Virus record (IMG/VR): IMGVR_UViG_3300031998_000001
Span: 323,655-387,654 of that record
DNA from: a virus
Lineage: Duplodnaviria > Heunggongvirae > Uroviricota > Caudoviricetes
DNA: 64,000 nt
Direction: 5' to 3' (one strand)
Shown here: one piece after another, positions 59,263 through 64,000 of the stretch
Position numbering within the stretch: the first letter of the stretch is position 1
Layout of the letters: the number at the start of each line of letters is the position of its first letter
Position numbers and translations under genes: made by a program
Notes under the pieces: generated by a model
The model's input: the letters and a program-made list of their open reading frames with translations, nothing else
Databases searched by the model: none
What the model was told of the DNA's origin: nothing

Positions 59263-60018
59263 ATGACTACTATGTATTACAGGACTGTAAACGAGGGGCT
59301 TGACTGGAAAGTTGAGGATTGCGAGGAACTTCTGGCGAATGTTGACGACAACTATGCGAAGGAGGTCGAGCGTTTTATGAACAGGGAAGGCGTAACAAGC
59401 ATCCGCTGGATAAAGCCAGAGGGCGTGGGTGCGCTTACCGATGAAATCCGCGACCACAGGCTTGACTGCGCTTCCGTTCTCTGTGATATTCTCAACTGCA
59501 CGGAGAGGGGCGTATATTACAGGAGGCTTCTCGGAGAGCAGATAAAGGACAGCAGGGGCTATGTGACAAGGGGGCTTGCCACGGAACTGTATGCTGCGAT
59601 ACTCGACTACATCAAGTGGAACAACTTTATGGGCGAGGCGCAGGGCGTTGTTCTGACCACACCGTTGTCGGAGGCGTTAGACCCAGACCGTTACTATGAG
59701 TTCAAGGACAACGACAAGTTGGGCTTCAGGGGTAAGGTATATGTTCCTGAAACATTCAGCGATGCGTTTACAATGCAGTTTGAGAAGATAACGGACAAGC
59801 AACTTTACTACTCTATGCTGGCGATGGGCTATCCTAAATGGACGATACCGTACAACGGCAAAGGGGAGGCTACGAAGGAGCAGAGAGAAGTGATGCTTAT
59901 GGTCATCTACAACTATCTTTCCACGCTTATCGCTTCAAGGGGCAAAACCAAGAACGAAATGCCAGAACCTGAACAGCAGGTAAGGTTTCGGAATCCAAAC
60001 TTCAAGGTTTATAACTAA
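59263..60018 (+). CDS. hypothetical protein
   Basis: Start re-called; N-terminal ..RTVNEG. Confidence 0.65.
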   Translation: MTTMYYRTVNEGLDWKVEDCEELLANVDDNYAKEVERFMNREGVTSIRWIKPEGVGALTDEIRDHRLDCASVLCDILNCTERGVYYRRLLGEQIKDSRGYVTRGLATELYAAILDYIKWNNFMGEAQGVVLTTPLSEALDPDRYYEFKDNDKLGFRGKVYVPETFSDAFTMQFEKITDKQLYYSMLAMGYPKWTIPYNGKGEATKEQREVMLMVIYNYLSTLIASRGKTKNEMPEPEQQVRFRNPNFKVYN

Positions 60019-60036
60019 TAATAAAAGGACAGGACT

Positions 60037-61449
60037 ATGCGGTCATTCAGCATAAACAGGAATTTTGCACGGAGCATAAACGAGAGCAAGAAGGTTGAGA
60101 AACTCACCCTTGTCCTCTTATCTACCAACGAGAACAGCACATTCAGCAAGATGCTTCAGGACAAGTGCGCAGGCAACGGGTTCGACTTCATATTCGCAGA
60201 CCCGACCAACTGCACGCTTCGCCGTGCCGATGACGACAGGTTCGAGTTGAGCACCAACGGGAGCATCTATACGCTCGTGCGCAACAACACGGTTGTAATG
60301 CCCCGTCTGACCGTCCTGAAGAACAGCCAGACGAAGAACGCATTGCGCGAGTTCGAGTATTATGACTTCTTCGTGGTGAACAACCTCGAAAGTTTCGAGA
60401 ACTGCGAGGACAAGTACACGACATACAAGGTGCTGTGTGCCGAGAGCCTTGCCACTCCGAGAACTACGGTCGTCAATGCCGACAATATGGACAGGCTTCA
60501 GAAGAAGGTTGACTTCATCGGAGGTCAGTTCCCGATAGTCTGCAAGTTGCTCAACGGGAAGAAAGGCGTGGGAGTGTTTATCATTGACAGTTTTATGTCT
60601 TTGAAAAGCACCCTTGAAGCCATATTCAAACTTTCGCCAGAGAGCGAGATACTTATGCAGAACAAGATTGACAGCGACTACGATTTGCGTATCCACGTCT
60701 TCAACAAGTCGTACAACCGCATTTCGAGAAACCTTGATGACTATGAAGTCATAGGCGTAATGAGGAGAAACAAGGTTACGGGAGACTTCCGTACCAATTT
60801 CTCGCTCGGCGGGACGATAGAGAAGTTCACCCTTGCACCAGAGCAGGAGGAACTCGCGAAGAAGACCGCTATGGCTGTCAAGTGCCGTTGGTGCGGTGTC
60901 GATATGATTGAGGACAGGGCGACTGGCGAGAACTATATCATAGAAGTAAACGCATCTCCGGGCGTGAAGGGAATATCGAGCGTGAGCGAACACTTGCCTC
61001 TCGACTATATCTTCAACTACTTCAAGCAGTTCAGGGCGGTCAACAACAACACCACCGTAATCGGCAAGGTTGAGACAGCCAAGTTGACATTTGAAAACGG
61101 GGAATACGAGGGTGATGTCTGCTTCGACATCCAGTCCGATGTGAACTCAATCTATGCTTCCGATGTAAGTTACTCGGAACGCGAGAACACGATAACATTC
61201 AACTTCGGCGGAGGTATGTGCGTGGCGAAGGTAATCGCCTCTATGGTTGACAGGGACAAGCGCAAGTGCTATCTCGTCAATGCCGATGTCGAGTTCAACG
61301 ACAGGCGTTACCGCAACAGCCTTTTCAATGTGTACGAGAACGATGAGGAGAAGGTGTGTATGTCGTCCCAGTTCATATCGTTGCTGGGCAACTGCGTGAG
61401 CATAGACCCGCAGAACGACTATCTTGTTACCGACAAGGTGATATTGTAG
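60037..61449 (+). CDS. rimK: RimK-family ATP-grasp ligase fused to a degenerate RimB-like protease domain
   Basis: DKY.T, TPRT, FPIVCK, G.KG.GV, DLRI, DFRTNFSLGG, GVD, IEVNASPG. Confidence 0.85.
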   Translation: MRSFSINRNFARSINESKKVEKLTLVLLSTNENSTFSKMLQDKCAGNGFDFIFADPTNCTLRRADDDRFELSTNGSIYTLVRNNTVVMPRLTVLKNSQTKNALREFEYYDFFVVNNLESFENCEDKYTTYKVLCAESLATPRTTVVNADNMDRLQKKVDFIGGQFPIVCKLLNGKKGVGVFIIDSFMSLKSTLEAIFKLSPESEILMQNKIDSDYDLRIHVFNKSYNRISRNLDDYEVIGVMRRNKVTGDFRTNFSLGGTIEKFTLAPEQEELAKKTAMAVKCRWCGVDMIEDRATGENYIIEVNASPGVKGISSVSEHLPLDYIFNYFKQFRAVNNNTTVIGKVETAKLTFENGEYEGDVCFDIQSDVNSIYASDVSYSERENTITFNFGGGMCVAKVIASMVDRDKRKCYLVNADVEFNDRRYRNSLFNVYENDEEKVCMSSQFISLLGNCVSIDPQNDYLVTDKVIL

Positions 61450-61480
61450 AATAAATGATAATATAATAAATCGAATAATT

Positions 61481-62206
61481 ATGCAGTACATTAAAACTTT
61501 TGAAGAGTTCCTCAACGAAAAGATGAACATCACAAACGGTGTTACCGTATTCGAGAAGGACTTTGGTGTTGACCCGAAGACCATCTTGGCTGAAATAAAG
61601 AACGGTGGTCGCGGTCGTGGTACTTCGGCTTGTTATTTGAGTGCAGTAAAGGTCAACAAGACCTATGTTGACGCTTCAGGCAACAAACTCCCGAACCCGA
61701 TGGCTGAACCAGTTGCAATCGGTGGCACAGTTGCACCGAGATTGTACAAGATAACCTATTATCTTTTCAAGGCTGGTATCGACTATGCAAAGAACCGCGA
61801 AAAAGAGGCAGCGGCTCACGGAGATGTATATGTTGCAGGCGCAGACAAGGGCAAGACGAATGTTCCCGGACTTGAAGGCTTCCTCAAGTACAAGGACATC
61901 GACCCAAGCGTGCTTTATCTTGTAATCAACTACGGACAGGCAAGACCAGAAAGCGAATATTTCGTATATGATGACAGTCTGGGTGACTATCGTCCTTGCG
62001 ACAAGTCTGAAATCGCTATGTATCTTCCGCCAAAGAAATCCTACACTTGGGCTGACGGCGCACAGAAGGACGGCTATGTAACGGCAGGTCTTGAAAAGAT
62101 ATTGTATATCAAGTCGAATAAGACTTATTACTACAACAAGCCATTGCTCAACAATGTTCCTCCTACGATAGCACAACTCGTAAAGAACAGCACGAACGCA
62201 TACTAA
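61481..62206 (+). CDS. putative head-internal protein (leader MQYIKTFEEFLNE)
   Basis: Leader closely resembles the T4 internal-protein MKTYQEFIAE; terminator at 62227-62256. Confidence 0.75.
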   Translation: MQYIKTFEEFLNEKMNITNGVTVFEKDFGVDPKTILAEIKNGGRGRGTSACYLSAVKVNKTYVDASGNKLPNPMAEPVAIGGTVAPRLYKITYYLFKAGIDYAKNREKEAAAHGDVYVAGADKGKTNVPGLEGFLKYKDIDPSVLYLVINYGQARPESEYFVYDDSLGDYRPCDKSEIAMYLPPKKSYTWADGAQKDGYVTAGLEKILYIKSNKTYYYNKPLLNNVPPTIAQLVKNSTNAY

Positions 62207-62291
62207 CATTTGTTTGATTTATGTGGAAAAGCGGGGCAAGCACCCCGCTTTTCCTTTATATATAAATAATCTATATATAGCATAATCCGAT

Positions 62292-62681
62292 ATGGTACGC
62301 GGCGGACATATTGCGCTTTCATTCTCGGAGTTTGTGTCCGAGATGAAGTCGGGCACGAAAGTCCCTCGTTGCATCTATGAGGGAAGGTCGTCAGACCTTA
62401 TGCAACATCATTACCCAGACGATGAGGTGAAGTCCGCAGTGTGGGACTATGTTCTCGGCTACACCACGAGCGTCAACAATGAACTCCGAAAGGGGAGGAA
62501 AGGCGTGGCGAAGCAGGTGTCCGACCTGCTCGACAGGGCGTTCACGAAGAAGATGAAACTCGATGTCTATCGGACGGTGGACTGGGCTTTTATGGAAAAC
62601 ATATTCGGGATAACGAAGGACAACATAGGCGATATGGCAGGACGGGTTATCACGGACAAGGGGTTGGCAACAGTTCAATGA
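62292..62681 (+). pseudogene. VIP2/Alt-like ADP-ribosyltransferase, N-half, interrupted by a tnpB element at 62664
   Basis: Y...Y..VN.ELR..., LD.AF, VYR, G..ITDKG| ; the STS and ExE motifs are missing, presumably beyond the element. Confidence 0.7.
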
Positions 62682-63999
62682 AATCTTGATAAAAACTATG
62701 AATAGTTATTAAATCAGGCAACATATAAATAATATGATGTTAAGGGCGTTGAAGATACGGCTATATCCTAACGGGGAACAAACCACAAGGTTCAATCGGG
62801 TCTTGGGGTGCTACCGCTTCGTCTATAACCAGTGCCTTGAACGGAAGATGAATGCCTATAAGGATGAAGGTGCTTCATTGGGCTTGACCGACCTGTCCAA
62901 GTGGTTTCACGGAACACTGCTCAAAGACGACAAGTATGCTTGGCTTCGTGAACAAAATACAAAGGTTATGAAGCAGTCCATAAGGCAGATGCTTACAGCC
63001 TATGCAAACTTCTTTAAACTCCACAGGGGCTTTCCGAAGTTCAAGAGCAAGCACGACACTGTTCTTTCTGCTTTATTCCCCATTGATGCCATATCGAAGC
63101 GCAATACATTCGACGATAGAAAGATAACATTAACAGGAGATTTAAGCGATATTCGTTTCAGGTGCTCCAAGTTATACACCAATAGGCTTAAAATGTTCAA
63201 GGACGGCATACGAAGCGCAACCCTGTCGAGAACCAAGACTGGGAAATACTTCCTATCCGTCCTTATGGACATTCCAGACGATGAACTGGTGAAGTTCAAG
63301 CGGACTGGGAACAGCGTGGGCATAGACTTGGGTGTAAAGGACTTCGTGATTACATCCGATGGCGAAGTATTCGAGAACAAGCACTTCCTCAAGAGAACCG
63401 AGCATAGGATTAAGGTCTTGCAGAAGCAGTTGAGCAGGAAAGCCAAAGGCTCGAACAACAGGTTCAAGCAACGGATACGGCTTGCAACCGCTTACGAGCG
63501 GTTAGGCAACCAAAGGGAAGCCTACATACATTATGTAGTCGATTCACTGCTGAAGAATTACGACACGGTGTTTATGGAAGACCTTAATGTCAAGGGGATG
63601 CTGAAGAACCACAAGTTAGCGAAGGCTATCGCCGAGGTCGGCTTATACAGGTTCAGAACCGTATTGACCGACAAGGCTACGGTTAATCATAAGAGTGTAG
63701 TCTTTGTTAACCGTTTCTATCCGAGTTCAAAGACTTGTTCCGTATGCGGATATGTAAAGAAGGACTTGACATTGAATGATAGGGAATGGACTTGTCCTGA
63801 ATGCGGAACACACCACGACAGGGACTTGAACGCATCAATCAACATCCTGAACGAAGGTAAACGAATTGTAGGTGTCCGTAGCACCGAACTTACGCCTGTG
63901 GACTGCCCAACTATGGATGACCGTTCAGCAATGAACCTAAAAAGTAGCGGCAGGATGAAGCAGGAAGGAGAAACTGATTTATTAGGTTTTTCCATACGA
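62664..63999 (+). mobile_element. non-autonomous tnpB-only element, copy 2
   Basis: Same left end after GGGG; right end ...CCATACGA. Confidence 0.8.
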
Positions 64000-64000
64000 T
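62734..64000 (+). CDS. tnpB: TnpB RNA-guided endonuclease, no stop within the window
   Basis: Close paralog of 54606-55850 with D-E-D intact; the frame runs ...KQEGETDLLGFSIR to the window end. Confidence 0.9.
   Translation, partial: MMLRALKIRLYPNGEQTTRFNRVLGCYRFVYNQCLERKMNAYKDEGASLGLTDLSKWFHGTLLKDDKYAWLREQNTKVMKQSIRQMLTAYANFFKLHRGFPKFKSKHDTVLSALFPIDAISKRNTFDDRKITLTGDLSDIRFRCSKLYTNRLKMFKDGIRSATLSRTKTGKYFLSVLMDIPDDELVKFKRTGNSVGIDLGVKDFVITSDGEVFENKHFLKRTEHRIKVLQKQLSRKAKGSNNRFKQRIRLATAYERLGNQREAYIHYVVDSLLKNYDTVFMEDLNVKGMLKNHKLAKAIAEVGLYRFRTVLTDKATVNHKSVVFVNRFYPSSKTCSVCGYVKKDLTLNDREWTCPECGTHHDRDLNASINILNEGKRIVGVRSTELTPVDCPTMDDRSAMNLKSSGRMKQEGETDLLGFSIR

Noticed and set aside
1-64000. Stop-codon reassignment (TAG to Gln, as in Lak megaphages)
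   Set aside because: Long conserved genes are intact in code 11 and several end at TAG at sensible positions

Overview
This is a segment of a large T4-like myovirus (jumbo phage) genome read in the standard code, probably infecting a Bacteroidota host (TTTG-N19-20-TAnnTTTG promoters, a Bacteroidota-type Ig-like secreted protein). Core genes include a gp23-like major capsid protein, a gp21 prohead protease fused to a repetitive scaffold, a gp18 tail sheath, a gp14-like neck protein, class II RNR (NrdJ), a Clp ATPase, a RimK ligase, and the C-half of a gp41 helicase carried on an atypically split intein. T4-type late promoters (TATAAATA) are frequent. Highlights: (1) about 11 unrelated proteins share an N-terminal M-x-H-I-[KR]-x-[ILF]-[ND]-E leader resembling T4 capsid-targeting sequences, two of them AT-rich genes behind a duplicated 69-bp dual-promoter box; (2) three TnpB genes plus two orphan omegaRNAs, one a stand-alone, late-promoter-driven RNA with compensatory changes; (3) a TnpB element splits an ADP-ribosyltransferase and appears to read through in frame into it; (4) a plasmid-type ColE2-like Rep next to a structured origin-like spacer. 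All assignments come from motif reading by eye; no database search was run.
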